From contig CM035359.1 in assembly GCA_020137815.1 (NCBI GenBank), forward strand, positions 3,162,001 through 3,226,000: a stretch of 64,000 nucleotides of DNA. The letters are read 5' to 3'. How positions within the stretch are numbered: the stretch's first letter is position 1; every line of letters begins with the position of its first letter. The notes under the pieces were generated by a model. It was not told where the DNA came from. It saw only the letters and a program-made list of their open reading frames with translations, and did no database searches. The translations under genes were made by a program, and so were the position numbers. Of the stretch, positions 1 through 60,172 are shown piece by piece. Source of the stretch: Hormiphora californensis (Eukaryota; Animalia; Ctenophora).

Positions 1-869
1 AACTGTTTTATCGAAAGCTGGAGTATTTATATATGTAGCATTAGCAGTGTTTTGAATACAGCTTATAATATTCTAATCTTGTGCATACTCCTTAGCTAAT
101 ACATAAGTGATGTGATTCGAACCCCGATACTTTCAATGAAAATGATAAAATGATATTTTATCATTTTCATTATCAAAACCTCAATGTTTATAAAACTAGT
201 TCTAAAATCCTCCATGAACTTGGAGATACGATGGTGCCCTCATATCATTAACTTTAAAAAAGAAAGAGACTGAGAGCCATGGGCGTGACCAGTGACCACT
301 GGCCAAGATAAGCTTTCGAACGATTATGCCGAAGTCATATCACCGCTTTATCGTGAAATTTGAATAAGAAAAAGATTATAGTGCCTTGTACGTGAGTGCC
401 ACTCACCAAGATAATAGCCATGTCTACATGAGACCCGTACAGTAACATTTCAGACAGCATTTTAATGGTAGCTAATAGACATGATATTATAGAGTGCGAT
501 AGTGAGTTATAGATCAGTGAGTGAAATCATACCATACAAATTTATCTGGCAATGCTTTTCCTGGATAGTCCGAAAGTAAATAAAGTTTAGTATTATATTA
601 TAGTACCATAATTATAGTAGTGCGTATTACGAACACGTGATGATCATGACATCTCCAAAAGCATTTTCAGTAATGCATAAATCCAAATAGTAACACACCT
701 ATCAAACCAAGCCCAGCAAAAAAGCCGAGCCAGCAAAAAGCCTCTCTAAATATTATCTCTATCTCTCCGCTGAGCCAGCAAAAAGCCTCTCTTAACATTA
801 TCTCTATCTCTCTCTCTCCGCTGTTAAAGCATCACTTTACTAACGACTCCCCAGCTCTTGACTTTCCAG

Positions 870-47443
<46,574 letters not shown>

Positions 47444-48701
47444 AGCAGAGGAATTTCACCTTGATTATATGCTGATAGATTCTTAAGAAGAAGAATTAAA
47501 TAAAATTCCAGCTGTATGTGATGCTATTATGTGATCCTTCAGAGAATTCAGAAGAACTGCTAACTAAAATATCCTGCTTACTATAACGTCGTATCCCACG
47601 CGGTGCCTCGCCCTATGGCATATTGGTATCGAAGATACCTCACACTCTGTTTAGCGTTAGGGCGAGGCTGATAATTGGTTCTTGAGAACGAGTTAAGTTG
47701 ATCTTTTCTTTTTTTCTGAAATTCTGAATGAGATAATTTATGAAGATCATGAGCAAGAATTTAATAGGGAAGAAAATCGAAAAGTGCCGGGTTTGACTGG
47801 TAGTTAAACCTTGAGAGAGTCATGCTACGCTGTTGGCAAGCGGGCCCACTTTTTCTAGAAAAGTTTCGGGGGAGGGGATGGTGCCACATTTGCGCTTGCC
47901 AGCGTAAAAAAGGTTTTAAGTGGGCATCCCATATATGTAATATTTATGAACTTTCAGACAGAAATATAAAATAAAACAACCAATAAACTGAAAACTACCT
48001 CCCCGTCTCGAAATAAAAGGCTATTGCTTAACTTTAATAAAAATAATGTTGTTGCATTTGGTTAAAATTTGAGAAAATGAAATTGACATGAAAATCCTTT
48101 TTATAAACCACTCTTTGACGTAAATACACGTCAACGGGTGGTTTAAAAAAGTGTCCCTGCCTGGGTGAGGAAATTGCGATCTACAAAAAGTCACTCTTTC
48201 CTAAAAATTATCAGATTGTCAACTGACAATACGTTGAAATTTTGATCCGTCCAATAGAGAGAGGATTGTATTTTTTTACAATAGAGACTGTATCAGTGCC
48301 ATACCCCATTTGATTCTCAGTGCGCTCAGCTGGGTCGCGGCGCCAGACAGAATAGAGACGAGGATTGTATTTTTCCAATTCTTATCTCCAAGTAGCTCCA
48401 TGTTTCTCAACCACCCTGTATATGTTTCCATAAACTGTTGCAAGAATTATGTAAGCCTACCCACTGATACGTGATACAGAAGTCAAAGTTTGAGAAATAA
48501 TAAATATGTTTTGGGAAGTAAAACACAGTTTTTTTTGTAATTGTAGAAAGTTTATTTAGTTTATCAGTTACTAAGCCCAGCCCAATATGTTATTACGATG
48601 CTAAATACACACAATTTTCTCAACTTCACAAGTGTATTGTTCTTTACGGTATCATTCATACTATCTTTGCAAGGTCTCTCTCTCTATCTCCCTCTCTCTC
48701 C

Positions 48702-48762
<61 letters not shown>

Positions 48763-49078
48763 CGACAACTTCAATGAGCTCTTCTTTACAAATTCAAAAC
48801 TCTTACAAAACAATGTTGAATCAAAGTTCCACTCTCACCAATACCTCCAAACCCTCCTATATAGCGTCATGGTATTACGATCACATATAATATTGGAGGA
48901 GTATTGTAATGGCCGGTCTAATCAAGCTGTATGGTGGAGATTTCTTTGACAAAGGTAGGTATTTAACAAATATATATTACAAGATGATCAAGGTGTTCGA
49001 TATTATTATGCGTGCATGAAATACACAAACAGGGCCCCTATTTGCTCAATTGCAATATGCGATCAGTAGACGGGATAG

Positions 49079-49222
49079 CCATGACAACACCAAATTGTTA
49101 ATTTATCTCATCCCCATGACAACACCAAGCTGTTAATTTATCTCATCCCCATGACAACACCAAGTTGTTAATTTATCTCATCCCCATGACAACACCAAGT
49201 TGTTAATTTATCTCATCCCCAT
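49079..49222 (-). repeat. 35-bp tandem repeat (4 copies) spanning the K2P stop codon
   Basis: ccatgacaacaccaagttgttaatttatctcatcc x4; the copy at ~49186-49222 contains ...GDEIN*. Confidence 0.9.
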
Positions 49223-52200
49223 TCGTCAGGGCGGGTGCTCCCAAAGTTTTCATTTTGTGTGACTTCGCCAGTTCCAAGGTTTTGCTGACAACGTTTTGGG
49301 AGATCTGAAGGGAGTAGTCAAATGTTATAAGCTGGGCCATTCAAAAAGGACGTCATGATTTTTAGTCCTTTTTCACCCCTCCCTCCCCATCGGTCCGAGC
49401 CTGTCCGAATTTCCCAGACCCCCTCCCCCGTCCGAGTACATTAAGTTATAAATATTACGTACCAGTAGAAGTCTCCGTTGGTAGGCAGCAGCCAGTTCCC
49501 TGATGGCATTGAACACTAGAGACACCATGACTAGACCAATGCAAAAGACAAATAGAACTCGGATGAGCGCCAACACGGTGTGATCAATTAGCGTGATGTC
49601 TCCGAACCCTGCAGATATGGAATATTATTATACACTGTAAAGTGTAAAGTGTACAACTAGGAACCAGCGATACTTGATATATTTTTTTCTCGATTCGATC
49701 TCGATTCGATCTTTAGATGACCAAAAATATATCGATTCGAATCGATGTTTGGGCCATCAAAAAAATGTCGATTCGATCTTTGGGCCTTCAAAAAAATATC
49801 AATTCTATTCGATATTTAGCTTTGGGTCATCAAAAATACGTTCGATTCGATTTGATCTTTGGGCTATCGAAAAAATTCGATTCGATCTTTTATCTATCGA
49901 CTATTAGACATAATAGTACATTCCCTGATTTAGTTTACAATTGATACACCAGAATATCTAGCTGGCACCTACCTACGGTTGTCATGGATATAACATAAAA
50001 ATAGAGGGATTGAACAAAGGAATCATTCTCCGGGTTGTTCAGGTGCATCAGAGTCGCCATAATGAGGAGATAAGCAAAGAGGAAGAGTAAGGATATGCCC
50101 AAAACTATGCCCTGCTCCACGATATCTGGCATCTTCTTCTGCCCCGATAGTCTTCTTATCAGTTTAATAATCTGAGGGGAGAGAGGAAGTTTAGAATACA
50201 TTGGATTCAAACATAGTGTTCGTATATCTGCTAATATTATACATAATATTATATTTATTAGTAGTAGCTGCTCCCGCTAAATCGTTGTAGAGATCTTATG
50301 CAATAATGCAATGGACCTCGCATCTGCAGACTGCATTATTGGTAATACATGCGGATTATAAAGAACTTAAAAAAGGCTAAATTTTGAAGGTTATACAATT
50401 TATAATATACAGTTAACAGTTTAATGTTCTCTCGCCGTCACGTGATAATTACAATTTCTAATCCAGTCTCATGAGACTCATATATGCATTAGACTCTTTA
50501 AAATGGTTGGCATGTGTCTTTGGCTTTCTCTTGATAAAAGAAAGCCTAGCCACAGACATGCCAAGAATTTATTCTAAAATAATTTTATTCTAGAATAATT
50601 TATTCTAGAAGAAATTGATTCCTACAAGATTTTATTCTACACTATAAAACCTACAATGAAACATGATCGTGCCACTGTTTGGCAGGTGTCGAAAGGTCAG
50701 ACTTTTAGCACCCCCCCGACCCCTCTTTATAGCTATCATAATTTATCTCCAAATAAAAACAAGTGGTTTTAGAATAAGTTTTCTCTCGGCTGTCAGGCTG
50801 GCAGGTTCTCGAGGGGCCGAGCTTGCAGTATCAATAGATGCTATTATATTATTATTATTATATTTATACCCTATGTCCAATAGTTGAACTATTGGACAGG
50901 GGGTATAAATATAATATAAACTTGGCAGTGAACTATTAGTTCGAACTACAGTCGGACCCCGATTTAGGGGCCCCCGATTTAGTGGCACCCCGATTTAGGG
51001 ACAGGATTATTTTCCCCCGATATACGAAAATTAACATAATTTGAACCCGATTTAGTGGACACCCCGATTTAGTGGACAAGAGCCTTTCCCCCGAGGGTGT
51101 CCCTAAATCGGGGTCCGACTGTAATAGTTCACTGTCAAATATAGTCCATTACATTTGTAAACTGTTCAATGTTGCTAAGTTGAAATTTTTGAATACTTAA
51201 TTTTAAAGTCTTGCACATGTATTGGGATGTTCTATGAACTAATTTCCGTGTTTTGAAATTTTAAAATTTTAAAATTTTTTTTCGATTTTTTCCCGATTTT
51301 TCACCAAAATCAAGGGTCACAAAAGTGGCTTGCGATCCCAAACGGCTCAACCGTTTGGGCTGAAACTCCGGATATCTGTAGATAATTACCCAATAAATAA
51401 CAGGAAATATGATTCATATCGATATTTGACTATAAAGACCCAATTTTATACTATACAACCGTATGTGCACGAAAACAACCCATGCGCACTGCAATAAACA
51501 GCAAAAACAAGGGTCACAAAAGTGGCTTGCGATCCCAAACGGCTCAACCGTTTGGGCTGAAACTCCGGATATCAGTAGAGAATTACCTAATGAATAACAG
51601 GAAATATGATTCATAGCGATTCATTCCAACTTAGCAACCCCTACTGTTCATTGAACAGTTTACAAATAATGGACTATATTTTTAGTTGCCACCCGTTAAT
51701 TAATAACCGTAATTACATATAATTACCTTTCTGAGAATTAATGAGGATACAGGTAGAAAATATGTTAAGGTAGCTCATCATTATGAGCATCCCCGGTATC
51801 GTATAGACCAGGACAAACAACTTGCCCGTCTCCGTCCTCGGTGCCATGCCCCCATAACCTGAAGTAGTGAACAGCTTTCAAATCACATTCTTTTACAAAA
51901 AAAACAAGGGGGAACAGGCATATATTCTTTTGCAAAAAAACAAGACAGGATAAAATTTCTCTTTTTCCGAGAATGGGCAATGTTTTGCCAAAAGTGGAAA
52001 ACCAGTCAAATCGTTTTTTGGAGACTGGCTCAATGTACTGAAGAGGATGACATTTAACTAAAATTCGTTGCTGCATCTTTTACCAATAGTCGAGACGATA
52101 GTTGACGAAAAATCAAATGATGTCCAGAAGTTCCACATCCTCGCATCAGTCTCGTTGTTGTCTGATTTGAAGCACCTCGTCTTGTAGAGCTCTAACATCC

Positions 52201-53599
52201 GTGAGATGTCATCCTCGGTTAGACGATCGTAGGTCTGATTATCAGGCCGAACCGTACCGACACTCACTGAGTGCAGATAATATATTAATTAATTAATTAA
52301 TCGATTGATAAGTTTAATAATTAATTAATTGATTAATATTGGGTTACATGCTGCTTTGTGGGTACATACATGTTGTTTTTTAGTTTTTGGGTTACAAAGT
52401 ATTCAGTCAATTTCTAAACTCACTTAAAAAGTATCGCAAGAAATTCCGTTGGTCTATCTTTTCCCATGTTAAGTTACGACCCCTCTCGCCTGAAAAAATA
52501 TTAAAAATTAATTTAATAATTTAAATTCAATTGACGAGTTGTTGAGTTGTCTGAGGTTTGCAATAGTACGTCAATGCCTAACCAATGGTTAGTAATCATT
52601 GAGGAAAGAACATAAAATGTTTTATGCTTATAAAATTAAATATTATTCTTGATCAAGTATAATATTCAATTCTTTCAGTTCAGACATTTTAGCAGAGGAA
52701 GTATTTTGTCGGTCGCCTGTCATGTCACTAAGTTATAAACATATGCTGAATGATCTCTACAGCATGTCAAACAACATCCATCTAGGGTTAAAAATACATC
52801 TTGTAGCCTTAAAATCATATACGTTGAATAATATGCATCAAATACCTGTTTCTAGCCAGTTGAACATGGCAGCGCCCACAGAGATATGCGTTATCATAAG
52901 CACCAGTAAGATTAGCGAGTACCAGACTTTCGTGTCGACTTTTCCGAAAAACCCAAAAATCGGAGCCATCACCACGACCTGAAAGGGGAAAGGAAGGGTA
53001 ATAAAATCAATAGAAGTACCTTAAAGAAAATAATAAAAAGAAGAATCTCGGTACTGTAATACTGCATCATGGAGTATTCGATTCAGAGACTCTTTTTAAA
53101 CCCTAATTGATCGATGAGACTTTCATCACTTTTTTGAAACTTCAAACTTTTTGTAATCATTTTTGTGCATGACGTGGCCTTTCAATGGATACCAATGGAT
53201 ACACTAACAGTAAAAATGAGTCAAGGCAAAAAACAGTGGTTCCTCGACCTAGACTAGACTAGAAAAACAATTAGACATGGTCAGTATTTTAGTTTTACAA
53301 TAACTCTTATGACGGATCAATTTGATGTTAGAAATATTAGAGTTAGAAATATTAGAATTATATAATATTAAAACCTTGTCCGCGGGTAAAACACCGCACA
53401 AAATCCCCAGCTCCATATCAAAAGAACCCTCCTCATCATCACAATCCTCCTCTAGCCTCTCAAAATGGCCCGCAGTCCCGCCTGCCCTATGCTCTGACCA
53501 AACTGTCGATGAACGGTAACTGTGGACGGAAGAGGAACCCCTTCTGATTGCCTCAATGTCACTTTTATCAATAACGGAGAGCCGAGCAAAGGTGTTCAT
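49203..53599 (-). CDS. Two-pore-domain potassium channel (K2P/KCNK family), isoform using first exon A
   Basis: Exons (minus strand): 53599-53375, 52978-52846 (M1 ...ISVGAAMFNWLE), 52489-52424, 52266-52084 (WNFWTSFDFSSTIVSTIG), 51858-51727 (GYGGMAPRTETGKLFVLVYTIPG, M2), 50171-49973 (M3, SLYFYVISMTTVG), 49608-49463 (GFGDI, M4), 49304-49203 (TAA). 4TM/2P topology with TIGYG and TVGFG filters. One phase mismatch at the 51727/50171 junction. Confidence 0.9.
50949..51121. mobile_element. MITE family 2 variant
   Basis: ta|cagtcggaccccgatttaggg...ccctaaatcggggtccgactg|ta. Confidence 0.85.
51138..51682. mobile_element. TIR element with internal ~105-bp direct repeat
   Basis: aatatagtccatt..tttgtaaactgttcaatg / cattgaacagtttacaaa..aatggactatatt; caagggtcacaaaagtggc... 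at 51311 and 51508. Confidence 0.7.
53375..53599 (-). CDS. K2P candidate alternative first exon A
   Basis: ATG...75 codons MNTFARLSVIDKSDIEAIRRG...LPADK|gtttta, phase 0, matching the constant-exon acceptor at 52979. Confidence 0.75.
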
Positions 53600-56009
53600 T
53601 ATATTATAGCTTGCAGTGGAGCTAGTTAAAACAATAAAGTAGGAAACTGGTTAAATGTTATGCCAACTGGTTAAATGCTTTGCGAATACTGTGCAGTATA
53701 TTCAAGATCAGCCATTAATTTTACAGATTGCCATTTCTCCTATTGTGCCGAGCAATTATTGACGCTGATCAATCGGTGGAAGTATTTTACACTGTACTTT
53801 AAGTATGTACATTGTACATGCTGCTTTCGACGATCAAATGTAAACGTACAAATTAAGTACAAATTATATTTAGTCAATGCTTACAATATCGACACATGTG
53901 TATTATTGAAGAACAATAGTTTCATAGAGCCACCTTGCTATCATGGTTACATAGGGCGTTTATTGTTTAATTAATATCCGACCTTATGCACCATAAAATT
54001 AACAAAAATGAGGGTCCAGAACCCGAATTCTCGATAATTTTTATTTTCATAGGAAAATAGCCGTGACCTGAACTTGAGGTTCAGGCATGATTGTTTTCCC
54101 CCTTATGCAGTCAAATCGCATCAGTGATCATAAGCCTACTAGTCAAATTCAAATGCACAAGATTACCATACCCTTCTCAATTACAGTGGTCAATAAAATA
54201 CAATTACTTCTAGTTTGATGGGATTTGGGTGTGTCTAGTTTACAGTCTAGAATATTCTGTCTAGACTAGACTTGACATTTTCTGTAGAAAACAAGAAAGA
54301 GCTGTAAGCACATGTAGTGAACAGTTTGAGTGAAGTGAGTTCAGTATAATCATCTAATGACCTATAGTGAGCACAAGCCTTTGAAAACACGTGTACACGC
54401 CCATTGCAGATTTCGTGGCAATTTCCAAAATCGAAAGTCGAAATTTAAACTCGTATAAATGATCAAAAGATCACCGTCGATACAAAATTACTACACTGCG
54501 AAACTCCGGGCAAAAATTAGAAGTGGCGGTAGAATATATTATACAATTATTATAGTATAGTTGTCCATATTTCATATGTTGTTTATAATAGAGTATTATA
54601 CACCACATAATACTTGCAATTATGAGAATAATCGGTTTCAGATGTGTGAATGAAATGACTTTCATAAGAACTATATCTATCAATAAGCATAGGGTGTACA
54701 ATAAATGTCCTCCTCTATGCTATGTATCATCTGAAGGAATTATAGACAGCCATCAGACATGTGTGTGTGCAGATAAGTCATACATGGTGCTAACGAAATT
54801 GCATTCACAAATCATCAGATGATCTGTGACTCATGCGTATGCGAATATATCAGGGTGCGAGACTTTGTGCCAAATATATATCATCACCACCCAGATGTGC
54901 AGATGAACAATACCGATCGATCGAATTAATGTGTGGTAATGTAACCAATTAAAATTTATAGAAATAGTGACATCAAATATTTTAGCGTGAAGAGATGCGG
55001 TACAATTACAATTTTCCTCTTAGTAACCATGTATACGTGATTGGGTCTAATAAGATTAGCCATGTAATATACCGATTATTAATGCATTTGGTGATACAAC
55101 ATATCATATTATATGATAGTAATTTTTCCAGGATTGGATTTAATTTAGGGCCGGTATATATCCACATATAGATCTATTATACAAAGGCTTGTCCGGGCGA
55201 AATCAACTGATACAGGCGAATTCAACTGATACAGAAAATTTACAAGGACTTGATTCAAAATTGGAGCTGTAGTACTATATACGCTGTAGTATTATATACG
55301 CTACGGAAATGCAATCTACAAGATATTGAACCCCTATGAAGTAGGAAACAATAAAGCTCATTGCCCTACTGCTGCACAGTTGTGCACGGCACCGAAGTGA
55401 GATTATTACTTTAAGTAAAGAGAGCAAGAGTGTGACTTTTACGAAAAGGAGCAAGAGTAAATTATTGATCAGCCTACCAAACCTGTGGTTTCATGGATTT
55501 TACAAATAGCGATACAATGCAATACAATACACATTTGATTATTTGAAATAATTCATGGTGAAACTAGGAGTGTCTAAACAAATTTACATATAATATCCAA
55601 TTCATTAGTCTCCGTACTGATGGATTGTATCTCAAATTAATCTCATATATACCTTTGAATTGTCGATGGTTCACTCACAGCTCTCTATCTATTGTCGCAA
55701 TATCAACAGCCACGTACAACTATAACAATTAAATTCACACAGAAACTGCACTGACAATGCTAATGAATGCTTGTAACTGGAAGTTGGTAATCATGACCAT
55801 GGTAACAAGGCCATGGCCGCATATCTATAGCTATAGATCTGTTATTATAGTCAAAAGATCATTACGTACAATTGGATCATAATTTTGGTATAATTAGTTA
55901 GGCCAATATTTAGGTATTATAAACATCAGCCTATAGACCTACATAGGCCCACTCATGATATAATTTAAGGTTAATACATCTATTGATCTACTGTGTGTAT
56001 TATATTCAC

Positions 56010-56240
56010 CTGTTCGCCTCGGCCATTAGTACTCCAAGGAAAGCACCCAGTTGGTTTGGCACTGTGTTCCGGGCTCCGATCATCCCCAGAGCCCCTTGGT
56101 CTCCACAATTGGCTGAACCAGGTTCCTCCTCGAGCTACTGAAGTCCCATCACCATCATCACCCTCATTAATGGCTGCTGCCCCTCTAACTGCCCTGATGT
56201 CACCGGTGCTGACCGTACTTAGTCGAGAGTAGGTGTTCAT
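56010..56240 (-). CDS. K2P candidate alternative first exon B (paralogous to A)
   Basis: 77 codons MNTYSRLSTVSTGDIRAVRG...GRGEQ|gtgaat, phase 0; N-terminus aligns with exon A. Confidence 0.7.
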
Positions 56241-58284
56241 GCCCCGGCCCCTTAGATAATTATAAGGTAAAACGAGAGTAGGTGTTCATGCCCCGGCCCC
56301 TTAGATGCAATTTAGGTAAAACGATCGAATTTACTTATAATAAACGAGAAATATTTGTTATTGCTGCATTCCTGGATTACAAGTCAGAGCTTTCGCAAAA
56401 TCGGAGTGGAGGATAACCCGATGGCTGTAAAGGCTAGGATTGACTCCCTTTGTTATATGCAATGCAGGCTGCAAAGGTTTTTTTTGGGTCACTTAGCCAC
56501 ATGCTGAGCAAACCTCATACCGCCCGGGTATGGGTGACTATGGCGCTAAGCTCCCCCTTTCTCAACTTTGGTGAAATGGGGGAACCTATAGCATCAGTCA
56601 TAAAGACTGCATAAAGACTGCAAAGGTACTATAGCAAGCGATTCTAGAACCATGAGTAACATACGTGGTCATCGCGAGAAATGCTTGGAAATGTTATATA
56701 GTCTGCACGTATGGATAAGTAGAAGTGAACAATGAGTTGGGAAGTGAGAAAGAACCAATTTTCGACCCCCAGAATAACCATTTCACTCTCCCTGTCTCCC
56801 TGTCAGGTGTCGTCTATAGGTAAATGTGTCTCTCGCTGGTCATATGTATCGCTCTTCCACTCTCTCTGTTCTCTCTACTACTCTTCTCCTCCTCTCTCTA
56901 CTCCTCTCTCTCTACTCTCTCGTGATCTCTCTCTCTCTATCTTCATCTCTTCTCTCTCTCTCTCTCTCGCTCCCTCTCTCTCTCTCTCCATCTCCTCTCT
57001 CTCACTCTCTCTTCTCTCCTCTCTTTCTCTCTCTCTTTCTCTCTCTGTCCAATTTGCACCGCACCGGGAACCAATGTGTGAGCAGGCCTTCTTACGTTCC
57101 TGCGCTTTCGCACCACTACACCACTATGTACTAGCTCTTTATTAGGAGTTGCTACCTAGATTCAGCAGGGAAGGTGAGAAGTGGCATGAATTAATTCTGA
57201 AACTGGAAGAAGAAGAAGTAATATATATCCTGTGTATGGCGGCGCCATCTCCAATTTGATTTTCAGATGGGGTCGTCGGTACCAGAAGTACTATGTATCA
57301 GCTAGTTGCGAGACCAAGGCTTTGTGTTTATAAGTTACTATTCAAAGGACTAATCCATAGGAATAAGAGCAATAGACAAATCTGGTACAAATAGCGGCAA
57401 CTGATATCCGCCATAAACTTCTTCTTCTTGCACGAACTTGTCACAACAAACTAAATTCATGTTCCATGGAAGTTTACAAGAGTGCCATTAGTTGGCGGAT
57501 CTCTGTGAGATCTGGCGTAGAGAGAAGGGGACTGGACTGAAACAGCAACAAGCTAAGATATAACAAATTCCTTCAGCTTCGTAACTAGAAACTGTATTAA
57601 CAAACAGAGAGATATAAATGGAAACCGCCCGCCACACTCCGGCTCCTTTGGCAATTAACAGCTTCAGAGGTATATAGTACGTGTATGTGTGCCACCAAAC
57701 CGCACAGAGCACCAATATGGGGTAATATATTCAGAAATAGTATTGGGAATATATGGCGAATTAATTTGTAGTAATTAAAGTGGTAGGGTCATTGTGCTGT
57801 ATAAAACTGTTCATGCGTAATTGTCAAAAGTGGCAGATAGCAAATTGTCTTCTAAAACAGTACCCATGGTTGTGAGTTGGGTCTAGCCTAGTATATTCCG
57901 TCTAGTAGACAGAAAATACAAGAATTATACTCGAATGTGCCCAAATTACGGGTCGTCTCTTCTAGGCTCAATTGTGTAACACAATTTTGCATGAATAATT
58001 TCATGTCCACATGAGACTGAGGCGGAGACAGCTCTTTGATCTAGACAATTCACTCCTAATTTGTAAGTTGGCCCATATGATTTACGAATACGTAAATACG
58101 ATATACGTATTTACGTATCTTCTTCCTTCTAATAATCCTTTGGATTTGTTTTGGATACTGGGCAAACAAGGCAACTTAACTGTTTTCAGGCTACAACCAA
58201 ACACCAAAAATTATGAACAGCTGGCTTTCCTAAAGCACCTTCACGATCCATTATATATACAAGTCCAGCTATAACTGCACTTAC

Positions 58285-58533
58285 CATGTAAGTCCAGCTA
58301 GACTCGAGCATGATCAACATCAACATTTTATCATCCCGAGGAATTACACTCATCTCATGGCTGTTCATCCCCGCACCTGACAGGGGAAGCAGCATCTCAG
58401 CAGCCCCAGCCGCAGTCTCACTCAACATGGTAGTAGAAGCATCGTATTCCTCGGATTTTATCTCTTCAGATGAGAGAAATCCCTCGTCATCAGCGTCTTT
58501 TAGTAGGCAACCAACTCTTGAGGAGTGATCCAT
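58285..58533 (-). CDS. K2P candidate alternative first exon C
   Basis: In-frame TAA two codons before the ATG; 83 codons MDHSSRVGCLLKD...SSWTYM|gtaagt, phase 0 with a consensus donor. Confidence 0.55.
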
Positions 58534-59025
58534 GTTTTAAGCGGATCACCAGTCACTTGGGGAGTGATCCTAATTGTTGAAGAGCTCGCTGTGGCTTCAA
58601 GAGCTTCTCGGCAAAGACTAGAGATGGCAGTTTATGAAATCAAATCGCAACTGCAAACTATAAGAACTGGAATCTTGGTATGCTAAAACCGCTTCATGGA
58701 GAGGGTGGGTTGGATTTAGCTCCTTAATTAGGACCCCCGTTTTAATAACTGCAATGCGGGAGTTAATTTTAGCTAATTCTTCCTCAACAAGATATGTCTG
58801 ATGTGACACACAAGTTTGCGTTGCCCTCTGGAGCCTGGGAATTATTATACCACTCTGGGATTTTTAGCGAACCATGCAATGTACAGCTGTGCATTTGTAG
58901 TTTAGGAATATGTACTTAATTTAGACTGGAATATTTATTAGACATATTTTATAGAGGGTCGAATAAGTGGCATACTTTAACATATGACAACTTTTCAATG
59001 CAATGACAAGGCACCATTCTCCTAC

Positions 59026-59130
59026 CTTAACAAATGACAAGGCACCATGATTCTCCGTCCTTCGAAGGCTATCATCATCACCATCTTCCCCAGTCTCATG
59101 TAGTTCATAGAATCCATCTTTTTTCCCCAT
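59026..59130 (-). CDS. K2P candidate alternative first exon D
   Basis: 35 codons MGKKDGFYELHETGEDGDDDSLRRTENHGALSFVK|gtagga, phase 0; acceptor-like tattacag ~60 nt upstream. Confidence 0.55.
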
Positions 59131-59923
59131 GATGCAGATATTTACCGATAACAATCCTATTTTCCTTCAGGAACCAGCGATGATAACTAGAGCTGTAATA
59201 TACAAGTCACCAAATAATGTAAGTAAAATCACATCAACATCAAACTATACACATGCTAGTGAATCAAACCTCCATTTACTGTAATCGAGATTTGACCTTC
59301 AAACCTTCCGATAACTATAAAATATATCTGAATGCTTTATCCATACAACACGCATGTTATCATGATACGGAATAGAGTGCTTCCTATATCTTAAATCCAT
59401 TATCGCGAGCTTTAAAACCTCAACATGTGAATAAGTTGCAGTATTGTGGTTAATAAGATACTTGTGTATGCATGAATCGTGTGTATACTGTATGTGTGGG
59501 AAAAAGTGTATGTGTAATATAAGTTTTCATTGTGTCGCCTGACACGGTAATGGTGCAAAGAATGCAATTCAAGGTTTTCAGCGATTGTTTATTGACCAAT
59601 CATGGTTTTTGAAATGCTGGATTCTGATTGGCTCGTATACATGTGGTGATTATACAAAAAGTACATGTATGCAAAACAATTATGCAGTAGTATATAAAAT
59701 AGTCCACCCTAAGCCAAAAAATTGATGAGAACAAGAGCGCCTAAAAGTTTACTAAAACATTAAAATTCGTTTTTTTTTAAATTTTTGAAGTTGTCTACTC
59801 AACAAGAACAGATCTACATATCTACAAACATGATAACAAGGACGTCTACAAATCTGATCTAGAAAGTAGAAGTCTCTACCAGTCTAAGTCTACAGATCTA
59901 GATGAACTTTCTGGTCTACTTAC

Positions 59924-60172
59924 TGGAGAGTTAAAAAAAGAATCAGGCCAGCGGATTCTCCTAGAAACCTTGGGATCTGGCGGTGGTGGCAGCTCATCCT
60001 TCTTCCACCTCCCACTTTTGAGGGCGGGTTTTCTCCGTTTTCTGGTTTCCTCCTCCTTCATCTCCTGGAGAAGTTGGTAGCCCTTCCTCGGTCGGGGAGG
60101 TGGCAGCTGGTCTGGGGTTAAGATATGTTTCCGGGATAGGATCATTGTGAAGAGGAGCTGTTGGGGATCCAT
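59924..60172 (-). CDS. K2P candidate alternative first exon E (or independent short ORF 59876-60172)
   Basis: In-frame stop 5 codons before the ATG; 83 codons MDPQQLLFTM...DSFFNSP|gtaagt, phase 0; Pro/Lys/Arg-rich. Confidence 0.4.

Noticed and set aside
58618-58809. ORF with an NPTHPLH motif reminiscent of non-LTR retrotransposon C-termini
   Set aside because: Too short and no RT domain nearby. Kept only as a caveat that exon C might be exonised repeat sequence.
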